Positions 1-12,399 of a DNA stretch of 64,000 nt are shown piece by piece. The stretch's first letter is position 1, and each line of letters opens with the position of its first letter. This DNA comes from Vicugna vicugna (taxonomy: Eukaryota), in NCBI GenBank assembly GCA_013265495.1, contig MU061538.1, positions 1,056,001 through 1,120,000 of the forward strand, in the 5' to 3' direction. The notes under the pieces are model-generated. The model ran no database searches. It was given only the letters and a program-made list of their open reading frames with translations, and was not told the DNA's origin. Both the position numbers and the translations under genes were made by a program.

Positions 1-620
1 CTTCTGAGAAGGTCTTTACGTTCCCTTTGTTCCTGAAGGAGTTTCACTGAGGCTACAGGACTGTGGCTGAAGGACGTTTAAAAGTCTCTGACACTGAGAC
101 TGTGTAATTTCTGTCGATCTGTCCTCACGGTCACTGATCCCAGCCCTTGTCACCCTCCCTCCACTACCGAGTGTGACCGTGACTTTTCCATTTTGGTTAC
201 TGCAGTTTTCAGTTCTATCATTTTCATTGGTTCTTTCTTTCTTTCTTTTTTTAAATAACGTCTATTTCTAAGCTGAGGTTTCTACGTTTTCATTTATTTT
301 CAGAGAATCTGTAGTTACTCACTGGTGCATTTTCATTCAAGGCTGCTTTAAAACCCTGCCGGATGACTCAAAGTCCAGTCTGGTCTTCTTGGTGTTGGCC
401 CTGGTTGACTGTCTTTTCCTGTTCTGGCTGTGATATTCCTAGTTCTTGGGACGACAGGGGATTTTCGGTTGTACCCTGGGCATCGTGGCTGTTACACTCG
501 GAGCCCAGGGCAATTTGGGTCTTTATTTCACCAGGCGGCCTCCCCGTCTAGGTTTAGCGAACAGTTCTTGCCCTGCGTCTATGGGCTGTGGTCCCAACGG
601 CAGTTTAGGGCCCAGAGTTT
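1..620 (-). mobile_element. Old L1 (L1M-type) ORF1-region fragment
   Basis: T-rich degenerate sequence resembling antisense ancient L1 (e.g. ttttcagttctatcattttcattggttctttc). No intact ORF. Confidence 0.5.
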
Positions 621-2119
621 CATGGTGCTTTCAGTCTGTTACCTACTGCTGGTGGGGCTGCCCCTGGTCCCTGCTGGGGCCACCTAAGAGGGTGGTGGGA
701 CCTTCCCAGGCCGGGCCACCTGGTGCCCCCCTGGGAAAGAGTTCCCAGCCCAGTTCCCAGAGTGTTTCCTGGGCCAGATGATGAAGTCCCCCCGTAGCCC
801 CGGCCGCGCAGCTTCTCTAGGTGGGTGAGGGCACGTATCCCCTCACCTCTTCTGGTCAATTCCCTGCTGGTGCTGCTGGGTCACCTGGTCTTGTCAGTGG
901 GAGGAACTCCCACCTGACCTGGGGGAGGGATGAGCCTCCCTGGGCTACCTTCTGCTCAGGGCTGTGGGTCAGGAGATGCTCACCTGGTCCCCTGTGCTGC
1001 TGGTCAGGGGCTGTGAGATGCCCTGCTACCCAGGGCCCCTAACGGGCCCGCCTTCCTCTTTCCACCTCTCTGAGTTCTTCCTTGGGTCTTTCTAGACCTA
1101 ATCTGCTCTTTATCGCAAGATTCTATTTTAATTCTCTCTGCAGCATTTATCAGTCATTACCTGATACTTTAATTAATTGACCAGCTGTAATTAGCAATTA
1201 CATCTGTCTCTCCCCTAAAGCACAGCGTGTGACAGCTGAGAGCTGCAAGTATCGTCCGGGTTTATGTAAGTGCTGACTTACCGACTGTACCCACGCACGT
1301 ATGCTCAGGGCCTAGACAGTGCTGAGCACAGAGAAGGTCAATGCTGGTGAACCGAACGGATGAAACTAAAAAGAAAAAGAAGAGGGTGATTGTAGAAGTC
1401 TTCTTCACCCTAAACAAGATACAAAATACCCGCTGACTTAGTACACGAAGAAAGGACAGCTTTCCTAGCACAGGTCAGGCAAGTGCAAACGTTGCCCATA
1501 GTGCAAGCTTCAGTCTCCTCGTTTGCCAGAATCCACGAAGGGAAGAGTCAGTCTGACTCTGTAAATGCCCCCGGGGTAGAGGGAGGGGCGGAGGTGGGTC
1601 TGTGGAAACACTGAAAGGGGTGCGTCTGGATGGGATGGGACTGTCACCACGTTCCCACTGCCCGCTGCCGTCCCCTCACGGGACCCTCATCACCTGACTC
1701 GGGGAAGAAGAGAGAAGCTCTTCCCCGTGCCCCGGGGCACCCCAGAGAACAGTCCCTGAGGCTGTTACCTGGTCAGACCAGCAGTATGACTGTGAGAGAT
1801 GCTAATCCAATCACACTCACTCTCTTGGTGGGAAGAGGAAAACCCAGGTGACAGCCACTGCCAGCAAGAGCCTTCCTGTCCCTTGGCAGGTCCGGACCCA
1901 TGCTGACTGGGCTCCTGCCTTACTCCGTGGGCCCCACGCAAGCCCATTTATTTTTGCTAATGAGACAGAAGTAGAGGGTTGGGATTTTTACAATGTTAAA
2001 CATTATGCTTTGTAAGCCAACCAATCTAATTATTTACAGGCATCAAGGATATTCACTGCCCCCCCATCTACTATTTATTATTGTAACATGTCTGAAAGGA
2101 GTTAACCACAGTTGATTTT

Positions 2120-2623
2120 CTTTTTTAATTGAAGTCTAGTCAGTTTACAGTGTTACGTCAATTTCTGGTGCACAGCATAACGTTTCAGTCATACATGTGC
2201 ACACATATTCCTTTTCATATTCTTTTTCATTACAGGTTATTACTAGATGTGGCTCCATAGTCGAGACTGGCTGTTTAGCTATTTTATATACGGTAGTTCG
2301 TATCCGCGAATCTCGAACTCCCAATTTATCCCTTTCCATCCCTTTCCCCCCTGGTAACCCTAAGTGTGTTTTCTATGTGAGTCTGTTTCTGTTTTGTAAA
2401 TAAGTTCATTTTTGTCCTTTTTTTTTTTTTAGAGCCCACATATAAGTGATATCATATGGTATTTTTCTTTTTCTTTCTCGCTTACTTCACTTAAAATGAT
2501 CTCCAGGTCCACCCATGTTGCAGCAAATGGCATTATTTTATCCTTTTTTTATGGCTGAGTTGAATTTTTTTTTAAAAATTGAAATATAGTTGATTTACAA
2601 TGTTGTGTTAGTTTCTGGTGTAT
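2120..2623 (-). mobile_element. Two adjacent 5'-truncated L1 3' ends (cetartiodactyl type)
   Basis: ttttaattgaagtctagtcagtttacagtgtt...gtgatatcatatggtatttttcttt...gcaaatggcattatttt, followed by a second short tail ttttttaaaaattgaaatatagttgatttacaatgttgtg. Confidence 0.8.
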
Positions 2624-2958
2624 AACCACGTTTGAATTTAATTAGAAGAGAACATTTATGATTTCAGAATAAAGTTTATCCCTGCAAATTTTGAGAATTA
2701 ATCTGATTTATTCCTACTTGGACTTCTAATGCTTCTGAAACAGTCTTTCAGAAAAAGAATGACGTATGGTTTCTTGTCAATGACCTGACAACAGAAAATG
2801 GCTACGTGACATTCAAAAATAATTCCTCAGTTAATGCTATGTGTTTATTTACATGCTTTTTCTTGTCATTGTTATTCAAATTCCATTCAATTCCACTCCC
2901 AGATACAGGCCAGGAGCTAAGCGAGACAAACATCACAGACGTTGTAAGAACTGAGTCA

Positions 2959-3063
2959 GGGCGGGGTGGTATAGCTCAGTGGTAGAGCACATGCTTAGCA
3001 CTAAACACATGAGGCCCTGGGTTCAATCCCTGGTCCCTCCATTAAAAAAAAATAATAATAAAA
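2959..3063 (+). mobile_element. tRNA-derived SINE (camelid Vic-1 type)
   Basis: Pol III A box TAGCTCAGTGGTAGAGC, B box GGTTCAATCCC and A-rich tail. TSD AAGAACTGAG at 2946 and 3064. Confidence 0.85.
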
Positions 3064-3502
3064 AAGAACTGAGCAGATAATCTTAGAGGGGGAGTGAGAA
3101 CATTTGCCAGCCTCTACATTTGTGTAAATAAAGGCTGATGACTCAGCAGCTCAAACAGCGGAACTGGTTACTGAGATTACAGAGTCCCAGCTCCTTGAGA
3201 TCTTCAAGAACACACCCCACCCACGCACTCCTACACAGGAGCCTGGGTCAGTGTTGAGGTCTTGGCCTTCAACGTTTAACACAGCCAAATAAACAAATCA
3301 AAACCCGTATTTTCATGACAAAGTCATAGAACAGAAAGTAAATAGCAAGTATCCAGTGAATGCAGGCAGTGTCGACAGTGTGTACCCATCTAAACACTTA
3401 CTCCAGCCTCAACTCAGACAAAACTATTACCTGTCCACGCTGCAGCTACAGCTCTATAGTCTAAAGCAACACAATGTCACAATGTGATACAATTCATAAC
3501 AC

Positions 3503-3580
3503 GAGCAGCACAGAGCAGCACGGCACAGCACAGCACAGCACGGCACAGCCACGCAGCAACGCAGCACAGCACAGCAGGAC
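3503..3580. repeat. Degenerate (CAGCA)n pentanucleotide microsatellite
   Basis: gcagcacagagcagcacggcacagcacagcacagcacggcacagccacgcagcaacgcagcacagcacagcag. Confidence 0.85.
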
Positions 3581-5192
3581 ACAACTTAACGTTAGCTAAT
3601 ACAATATTTTTCACTGGATCTCTGCTGCTTACCCAGTCTTTTCCAAATCCCTCCTGGGCAGACTGAACCCAGGCAGCAGGGAAGAGCTTACACCGAGACC
3701 AGGGCTCTGATCACAGCTGCAGAGAAAGCAACTCAGGTTCCACCTGATGCTTTTAACAAAGTCTTTACATTGGAAAAATCAAAACAACCAAAACGACCTC
3801 AGACTGGGTAATAGAGCCTAACAATTTTGATAATGTGAGTAATAAATACTAGAGGTAGGCCAAAAAAATTACAAAAATATTTTTTCAAATCAGCAGTTTT
3901 CACAGCACCTACAATAAACATTTATCAAGACAGCCTATGAATATAAACATACCTACATCTCTTTAGAATACAAAACACATTCTGGGAGCATCTGAATTCA
4001 TAAATTGCGGGATGAGTGTTTTCCACGTGCTGCTCTGACATAATTCACACAGATTATTTCTTGCCCTAAGAGCACTCCTTTGCACTGTGCATTATAGGAG
4101 TGTCAGCCTGGATTTATATGAAGAAGAATTTCTGTACGGGGGATTATTGATGGCAAATGGAAAATTCACCAGACACTGGAAATCGGAAGTACTCCTGAAA
4201 AACCTCTCTTTCACTTGAAAGGGCTATAAATCTAAAAATAATCTTGAATTCACAAGCAATCCTTTTATGCAATAAGTTGATAGAAAATATATTACTGAAG
4301 AGACACATAATTACCTTAAAATCTACCACAGTTAGAAATGTATTGGAACTCTTAAAATACGATTTAATTTTATAATAGTAAAAAACATAACAAATATTTT
4401 TACTGGTCATGTTTTCCTTTGAGTTTCACCTTTTATCCTCAGACATATAAAGACAAAGTAGGGCTGTGTGTAAACTAACATCCCAGACTGACCCAGGAAG
4501 CTCCAAAATTATCTAAATACATTAAAAGCTGGTTTTGAGGGACGACAGAAGGGACATTTGATCATCCCTTTCGCTATATGGAACCAGCAGTCCCAGAGCT
4601 CTCCAGCTTGGCAGGCACCATTTCCACGCTACCATCTCCCTTAGAGAAGACCCTCTGCGGATCGAAGGGAATGAGCAGGAGCTAGAGTATCCAGACTCGG
4701 GGGGTTCTAGCTGCACATGAGAAAGTTTACCTTGGCCAGCTGGCAGGGGGGCTCTGTCTCTGTCTCTGTCGTGTCTTTGTAACTGTATTTACCTTTTCAT
4801 CCATAACCATCACCGTACATATTCACGCCCACGTCAAAACCACAACCACCCTCTAGCATCTACACTCATGTCCGCAGCTGCGATTGTTCTGCATCGGCCT
4901 GTCTGTCCATTGCTGCATCTCTGTCTGTACCTGTGTCTAACATGCCCCTCCTCCGGGAGGGCTGCACAGAGCGGGAGAGAGAGCTCTCGACCCGGAACGG
5001 AGATCTGAAGTTCGGAACGGCCTCTGTCGTTTACTAACTGTGCAAGCCTGAGTGTGTTCTTTCCTACCTCGTTATATTTCAGTTCCTCATCTGTTAAAAA
5101 GGGTTGACAACCTTAATTTATCTTGTGGGGTTATTGCTAATTTAAATAATGGATAGCATGTGCTTTGTAAGCCACAAAATACCTACATCATC

Positions 5193-5282
5193 GGGGAGGG
5201 CGCAGCTCAGTGGTAGAGTGCATGCTTAGCATGCACAAGGTTCTGGGTTCAATCCCCAGTCCCTCCATTAAGAAAAAAAAAT
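5193..5282 (+). mobile_element. tRNA-derived SINE (camelid Vic-1 type)
   Basis: GGGGAGGGCGCAGCTCAGTGGTAGAGTGCATGCTTAGCATGCACAAGGTTCTGGGTTCAATCCCC plus poly-A. Imperfect TSD AAAATACC(T)ACAT. Confidence 0.85.
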
Positions 5283-7224
5283 CAAAATACCACATAAAAG
5301 TAAAATATTAGTGATAAAATTTTTTAGGGCCAGTTTGGGAAGCAGTAATAAATTAGGATAGAGTCTCATTTTAAGGCCCATTCTCCAGCTTATTAAGCTT
5401 TTCTCACCTTGGGAGGAACTGAGGGGCGTGAAGGACAAACCAGGAGCCAGACCCTGGAGCACTCACCCTCCTAGCCTCAGCTTCTTTCTTCTGTAACCTT
5501 GTCGGTTGACTCCACTAAAAGTTACCGCCCTAAGATCCGGGTGAAGTCCATGGTTAAGGACAAATTAAGTGTAAAGATAAGTAGGATACGTAGCGTCATC
5601 TGTGGTGCAAAATTAGCCAGTCCTCTGATTCGTGATGGGCTCCTGTGCTGGAAACCCGGGGCCCGCCAAGGAGGGAGAGATGGACGGCTCCGGGGATCAG
5701 AGGAGCCCCACGGGGTCCCGGAGGAATGCAGCCGCTGGCTGGCGCGTGAGGGAGCCTTCCATGTGGCACTGCTGCCCCCTAGCTCTGCTCCTCCTCGGAA
5801 CATCCCTCCCAACGGAGGACCAGCCGCAGAGTGTGGCAGGGGTGGGGGGGTGCTCACGCCTTCCGCCAGAGCGCCAGCCTTGACAGGAGAGGGGCCCCTG
5901 CCTTCTGTTTTCTGACACTGAAGCCCAGGCACCACTGCTCCCATCAGACAAGCGTCAGGATAATGAGGCATTTTCCAAAGCAACACTTGTTTGTGGTCCT
6001 CGCATTGAACGTCTGCCTCATTTGAAGATTTCCTGGCGAGGGGACAAGCAGGCATCTCTATGAGCCTGTTCTGTCTGTGACCTCCGGGGTCATCGCCTAC
6101 AGTAAGCCTTTCCAGAGAAGCACCCTGTGGACCGCATCAGGTGCGGAGAGAAAAACTGCAGGCCCTGCCCTTAGAGCATCGATACTTAGGGAGACGAGAG
6201 AAATGCACAAGAAGACCACGATGACGCTAGAAAGTCCACCGTGCCACCAGCCACAATAAAACGCAAGGCCACCCCGGGGTCTCAGGCTGTTTTGTGTGGC
6301 GCTTGTCCCGATGTTTTACAGCCATGGAAACGTCCCCAGGAGGAAAGCTCTTTGGAAATTTGCAAGCCCTGCTAATGACAGTAATTTCTCTGTCCTCCAG
6401 TTTGTCACACGACCTAACAGGCTCCAACAACCTGCGAGACTTCTTCCGTCAGTTCCCTGATGTGGCTCTTTATGTCCTAATGATTTGCTCATAAACCTAC
6501 ACCTGAGCACAGTGTGCAAGCCAGTCAGGCCATCCCAACAGCATTTTACATCTTGCTTTTAAAGTTTATGTCCTGGAGATGATGGAGCTGACTTCCTGGA
6601 TAGAGTGATTTTATGACACTCACTTGAAAATTGGTTTAAAAATGCTGTAAAAGGGGAACATTAGTAGCAGGATGTTTAGGAATGCCACAGCCCAGGAGCC
6701 CATAAAGGTGGCCGAGATATTTCTATCAAGGTTTATAAGCTACACAGATCAACCCTTCCAGCTCCTTAAGTAACACTTGGCAGAGGTACCGCCCAGCACA
6801 GCCAACCGCTGGGAGCCAGCGCTTCAAGGAGGCGTCTGCTGTGATAGTGCACTGTGTTCACTGTGCAGAAAGGCTGCCCACTTGGGCGTGATCTGCCCTG
6901 CCCTGAGAAGTCTGGAGAGAGGGAGGAATCTTAGAGAAACATTTCACATTTCTGGCTGCTGGATGCGGCTTGCAATCCAAGAGCCAAGAGCTGACAGAAA
7001 GATGTCGGTTCACTTACATACAAAGATAGTCCTTGTTCTGGACGAGGAGATTCACATGTTGTACAAAATGCCAGTTCTCCCTAACTCAATTTCAATTAAA
7101 GACAGAGAGGATTTGGGGGGTTTAGAGGTAACAACAAATGATATCAAAGTTCATCTGGAAAAATAAACATTTGAGAGTGAGTAACCAGGAAACAGTAGCA
7201 TGGAAACAAGAGGACATTCTCAAT

Positions 7225-7490
7225 GGACTTGTTGCAGGAAAATGGGATGCCAGAGGATGGTCATGTCCCAGGTCTTGGGCGAGTCCCTGGGACAAGCCCC
7301 GCCAAATGACGGTCCCTGGCTTCACGCAGGAAAGAATTCAAAAGGCTGGCATGGTAAAGCGTAAGAAGATTTATTCAGCGGGCCATCTCAGAAGGCAAGA
7401 GGCCCCAGGGTGTCAGGGTAGCTAGTTTTTATGAGCCGGCTAATTTCATATGCTAACAAGTGGGAGGATTCTCCCAACTATTGCTGGAAA
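7225..7490. mobile_element. Probable ERV LTR fragment
   Basis: Starts TGTTGCAGGAAAATGGG and contains ggcttcacgcaggaaagaattcaa and a reverse AATAAA (gatttatt), typical of ERV1-class LTR ends. Family not determined. Confidence 0.45.
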
Positions 7491-7630
7491 GGGGTATCTT
7501 GTAGTAACTTACGGTGAAAAAGGATGTGAAAATGAATATATGTGTGTATATGTATGACGGAAGTATTGTGCTGTGCACCAGAATGGACACATTGTAAACT
7601 GACTCTACTTCAATAAAAACATATTTAAAA
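7491..7630 (+). mobile_element. L1 3' end fragment
   Basis: tatcttgtagtaacttacggtgaaaaagga...cattgtaaactgactctacttcaataaaaa, same family as the copies at 2120, 14130 and 44557. Confidence 0.75.
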
Positions 7631-9054
7631 GCTAGTGTAAAATGTTGAAAGTTCCACATCCACTTTCTGAAGGTCTCAGGGCCCTTTCCTGGAGCAGTTT
7701 AGGAGCTGGTTCTGCAATGAGAACACCTCCGCAGTGAGACAGCTTCTGCACTGCGGCCTCCAGCCACTTAGCACCAAGGCTGGGAAAAGATCCGGGAGAC
7801 AGAACCGCAGGGGGACTTACTCGTCTCCTTGGCTCGCAGACGCTCACTCATTTAACGGGGACAGCCCGGGGGCAGCGGGGTCTGTACTTACTGGTGTGCC
7901 TGAGTGCACACTTAACCCAAGTACATGCTCAGGCCACAAACGAGGGCAGATGATTTTAGAGGGAAGGGAGGTGGGTGGTTAGGGTAGAACCCCCAGCAGA
8001 GGGACCTGGGGGTTTCCCTCTCTGTCAACCACGACGAAGCTGGGTTTTGGTTCTACTGCTTGGCGAGGAGCCCAGTACTGTGGGCAGACAAGCGTGAGTG
8101 CGTCAGCGGAGCGGGGCTCGAATGCGGGCTACCTGACCCCGGTCCGGCTGCTCACCCTCTTCCAGCCCCGGCATCTGCAATGGTGAAGCGGAGCTGGCAC
8201 TACCTACTTCGCCGGGTTCCGCAGAAAATAAAACCAGGTGAAGTGAGCGAGCACGTGGGTTGGGTGCAGGTGGCCGCGTAGCCACAGGGGTCCAGGGTGG
8301 CCTCTCTGAGTTGACAACATTCATGCTGCAATGGAAGTGAGAAGGGGCAGCTGCGGTCCAGTGGGAGCATTCTGGGCAGCGGGATGGAAGGACAATGGCA
8401 ATGTGGCAGGGTGGGCAGGAGGCTGGAAAGGTGGGTGGGGTGGTCCCGGGTCCCTGCTGGTCTCGGTGAGGGGTTAGTGTTTGATTCTAAGTGGGATGGG
8501 GAGCTCTAGGGGGGCAAACCTGACTGATGCTGGGCTGGCGGGGGCAGACGAGGGGCTGGGAACAGCGGATGCAGGGAGACAGGCCAGGGGCCACCTGAAG
8601 GATGAGGTGGCTGGGACCTGGAGACAGCAGTGAGGGCCTGAGAAGTGGCTGGTTCTAGACCTGCTGGGGTGGGCGAGCTGACAGTTCTTGGCGATGGAAG
8701 GCGGCCAGATGTGAGGGGCCGCACGGAATTCAGGATGGCTCCAGGCTTGGAGCTAAGTAGCTGGTGCCCGTCCTCTCATCCTCTGGCCTGTGAAGCTTCA
8801 GCAGAAACATGGGCTTGCGTGGAAAGTTTCCAAATTAATTTTTAAGACTGCAAACAGACTTTTTGGTGTGTGCTGGAAAGAACCTTAGGAATCATTAACT
8901 TAAATGAGACCCAAAAGGTCACCCATGGCAGAGCTGGAAACTGGTTTGCCGAATCCTTGCTTAAGTGTTTACTCTGCTCTAAGGTACCCCCTTTAGCAAG
9001 GGCAAGTTGAGGCAGAGAACCCACTGGTTAGGCTACCAGACGGTGGTGCTTCTT

Positions 9055-9223
9055 TTTTTTTAATATTTTTTTAGCTTTATGTGGTTTTTAAAAATTTGTT
9101 TGTTTGTTTGTTTGGGGAGGTAATTAGGTTTATTTATTTATCTTTAATCATGGTACATGGGATTGGACCCAGGACCTTGTGCATGCTGAGCACACACTCT
9201 ACCACTGAGCTACACCCTCCCCC
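9055..9223 (-). mobile_element. tRNA-derived SINE (camelid Vic-1 type)
   Basis: Reverse copy with T-rich tail. Exact TSD GTGGTGCTTCTT at 9043-9054 and 9225-9236. Confidence 0.85.
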
Positions 9224-10006
9224 AGTGGTGCTTCTTAAAACAATTTCTTTTTTAAGTACTGTGTAGACACGGTTCATGCAACATTTATGATATACAAGGA
9301 GCAACACAGGTGTGGTGAACCACACCCTGGCCCCCCAGGGTTGAGAGATGAGTACTGTCATTCTCTTTGCAGTCCTCTAAATGCCTCTGTCCAATCTCTT
9401 CTCCGATCTCCCTTCTTAGAGGTTTATCACTCCACCGCTTTCCTTTATAACTCTACCACACGTCTGTATCCCTAAGTAATATCCCATTTAGGTTCTGAAC
9501 TTTATGTATTTTCTTCTGTGATTATTTATTTGCTCAACACTGTTTTAGAGACTCATCCACTTTGTTGCTTACAGCTGCAGTTCATAGACTTTTCACCCCT
9601 GGGTAATATTCCATTATATGAACACACCACAATTTGTTGACGCTTTCCACTGTGGATGGACAGCTGGGCTGTTTCTGGACTGTTACTTGTTTATATCTCT
9701 TGCTGTGAGTATTTGAATAAAGGGGGAAAAGGCCCTTTGACGGAGGCTGGAAGGAATTTGGGTAACATCTGAACATTGCTTGGCTTGGTTTTATATAGGG
9801 CATCAAGAGAAAAAAATTGGTCTCTATGTCCTTATGTCTGAAAACTTTGAACTCATTGAACCTTGGAGAATCAGAGCGAGGCCTAGTGAAGTGAAGGGGA
9901 CCACGCTGACTTCAGGCGGCTTCAAAGGCACGACACGATAGTGCAATGGCAGCACAGGAACCAGCGGCCGTCTCACCTGGGGACATACGAGTCGTAGTGT
10001 TGGTAG

Positions 10007-10265
10007 TCTTTTCCAGTTTGGAATCCTTTTGTTTCTTTTCCTTCTTTGATTGCTGTGGCTAGGACTTCCAAAACTATGTCGAATGAAAGTGGCGAGAGAG
10101 GGCATCCTTGTCTTATTCCTGATCTTGGAGGAAATGCTTTCAGTTTTTCACCGTTGAGTGTGATGTTAGCTGTGGGACGGTCATATATGGCCTTTTTATA
10201 TTGAGGTATGCTCCCCCTATACCCACCTTCTGAAGAGCTTTTATCATAAATGTTGAATTTTGCCA
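10007..10265 (-). mobile_element. Internal L1 ORF2 (RT domain) fragment
   Basis: ORF 9973..10392(-) contains [49 protein letters not shown], the L1 RT QGCPLSP motif. Confidence 0.9.
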
Positions 10266-10689
10266 GAGTCATATTGTTGGAAACACTGCCAACATCTGTA
10301 CAATGATCTATATAGACATAGAAATTTGAAGACTTACTGAAGCTTGAAGACGTTTTTGGGAAATTTCTCAGAGCAACCAATCTTTTGACCAATACGTACT
10401 TGTTACGGGTCTACTTTGTGCAAGGCATTCTAACAGCTACTGCGGGAGGGACACAGAAGTCTACAAGATGCAGGAGGAGATACTCTAGATCTTCAAGAAC
10501 TTACACCCTGCGGACAGACACATATACAGGGGATGTTGATGAAAGATATAAGGATGCGTGTGTTAAGTGTCCGATGAATGGCTGTAAGCTTTCCGTGTAA
10601 CTCCTGGACTGGAAGCTTCACCAGAGCAGGGATGGAAGCAGTCCTCTTTCCACTGTGTGCCCACGGTTTTAAATGAATGAGTGAATGAG

Positions 10690-10990
10690 GAGACTGGAAC
10701 TGTCAGGGAAGACTTTGTGGAGTGCGGGGGGCCACTCATGACCTGAGGGCTGCCGAGCACAGAAACTGGGCCTAAACTCCCAGAGTGCGGGGCGCCAGGC
10801 TCTGAGGTTGGGACTGCCGAGCACAGAAACTGGGCCTAAACTCCCAGAGTGCGGGGCGTCAGGCTCTAAGGCTGACTGAGCAAAGACAATCTCTGTCCCG
10901 CCACCCCTTTGTTAGAAAAACAGCAGGTGCATTTGGAGTCGGAAAAACATCTTGATAGAGACTGGAACTGTCAGGGAAGACTTTGTGGAG
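10690..10990. repeat. Local nested duplication: 33-bp exact direct repeat enclosing a 64-bp-period tandem duplication
   Basis: GAGACTGGAACTGTCAGGGAAGACTTTGTGGAG at 10690-10722 and 10958-10990. CTGCCGAGCACAGAAACTGGGCCTAAACTCCCAGAGTGCGGGGCG at 10750 and 10814. Confidence 0.9.
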
Positions 10991-11279
10991 AAGGAACATC
11001 TTGGTGTGGACATGGAAGAATGGTAGCACTGAATCTGAACAGGAGGGAAGGGGGTTGGGATGGGTACAAGTTCTAGGCCTTGGCAATGGGAAGGCACTGA
11101 GGGTTGGAGAAAGGGCTCCTTAGGGAGAGAAATGGTTAGCACAGCTGGAAGGGCAGAGTGGGGCCCAAAAGTCAAGGTCCTCAATGTCAGTTAAGGAGTC
11201 TGATTTTATTCTATATTTAACGAGAATAACTGTGTTGCATTGCTTACAGCAGGGGAGAAAAACCATGTATTGGGGGATG

Positions 11280-11590
11280 CAGAAAAGACAATGTCAGCTG
11301 GGGTAACAGAGGTAACTGGGCCACCTACCGCCAGCTGGTGTGGGACTTTTCTGCACGGTGGCAGTTGGAGGGTGCCCATGGGCGACAAGAAGGGACAAGT
11401 CCTAAGGCACAGGCACTTCTCAATAGCTTCCTATGTTCTAATGTCCCTTTGGCCAAAGCAGGTCACACGTCCAGGCCCAGATCCCAGGGGTGGAAAATCG
11501 GCTCCACTCCTTGATGGGAGGAAGGGCAAAGCCACAAGGCAAAGGGGTGAGGATACGGACGAGCCTGTGGCCATTTTTGAGGTCTACGAA
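11280..11590. mobile_element. MaLR (MLT1-type) LTR relic
   Basis: ttggccaaagcaggtcacacgtccaggcccaga...ctccactccttgatgggagg resembles old MLT1 LTRs. Confidence 0.5.
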
Positions 11591-12399
11591 CCTGGGCTAA
11601 GTGTTGTAAGCACCAAAGACAGAAACAATTAAGATCAACTGTGGGTGAACCTCTATAGACAGCTGCATATAAGAGAATAAAAGGTCCGGTTGGTTGGAGT
11701 GTTGGGTTAGAAAGATCAGCAATGCCATATACATCCACTTTCTGGGATATGTCTAAATGCCACACATCTTAGAACTGGATCTGATTACCGTCTGACTTGG
11801 AGAGATCACCCCAGAAATTATCCAGGTCATTTCAGGCAGGTATTTAACCCAGCTCTGAAGCTGGGTGTTCAGGAAAAAAGATACTTCTTTGTCTTTCCTT
11901 GGTTCTTAGGGCTCTGAGACTTTCAAAAAATAAAGAAGTACACTGAATTTAACAGGTTGGAAGTTACTCCTGCTTTCTTATCAGCCTAAGGCAGCAGGAG
12001 TCCTGGCTCAGAACATGCCTCATGACCTCCAAGTCCACACCACCAACACTTTCTGGCATAAGCCATCATAGGCACAGTATTTGGGGGTCTATAAGCTTTT
12101 CAGGGGCCATAAAAAAAAGCTTGAGTGGTGAAAAAATTTTTAATTCAGTATCACAAAAGGTACTGCAAAATCTAAATTAATTTATTTCATAAACGTAATT
12201 TGAAAGCAATTTGTAGATTTTCTTGCTTCCTAAGAATTCTCAGAGATGCCAAAACATCACAGCCAATAGCAATTAAAGTGACTTTCTTATAGCCAAAAAG
12301 CCAAAAAGTAAAATGGTAAATATTCCTTCAAATTCGTTTTTATTGCCAAAAAGCCCCACACAAACAAAAAGGATACTTAATGCAGAACGGGGGTGAATT

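Noticed and set aside
2959..3045. tRNA-like sequences with A and B boxes (also at 5193, 9055, 19689, 36935)
   Set aside because: SINE heads with A-rich tails and TSDs, diverged from each other, with no intact cloverleaf. Not tRNA genes.
5499..6055. 138-177 aa ORFs in a GC-rich upstream patch
   Set aside because: No recognisable domain or splice structure, and overlapping ORFs on both strands are typical of GC-rich non-coding DNA.
10690..10990. 33-bp direct repeats resembling a CRISPR array
   Set aside because: Only two copies 268 bp apart, mammalian context, and no cas genes.
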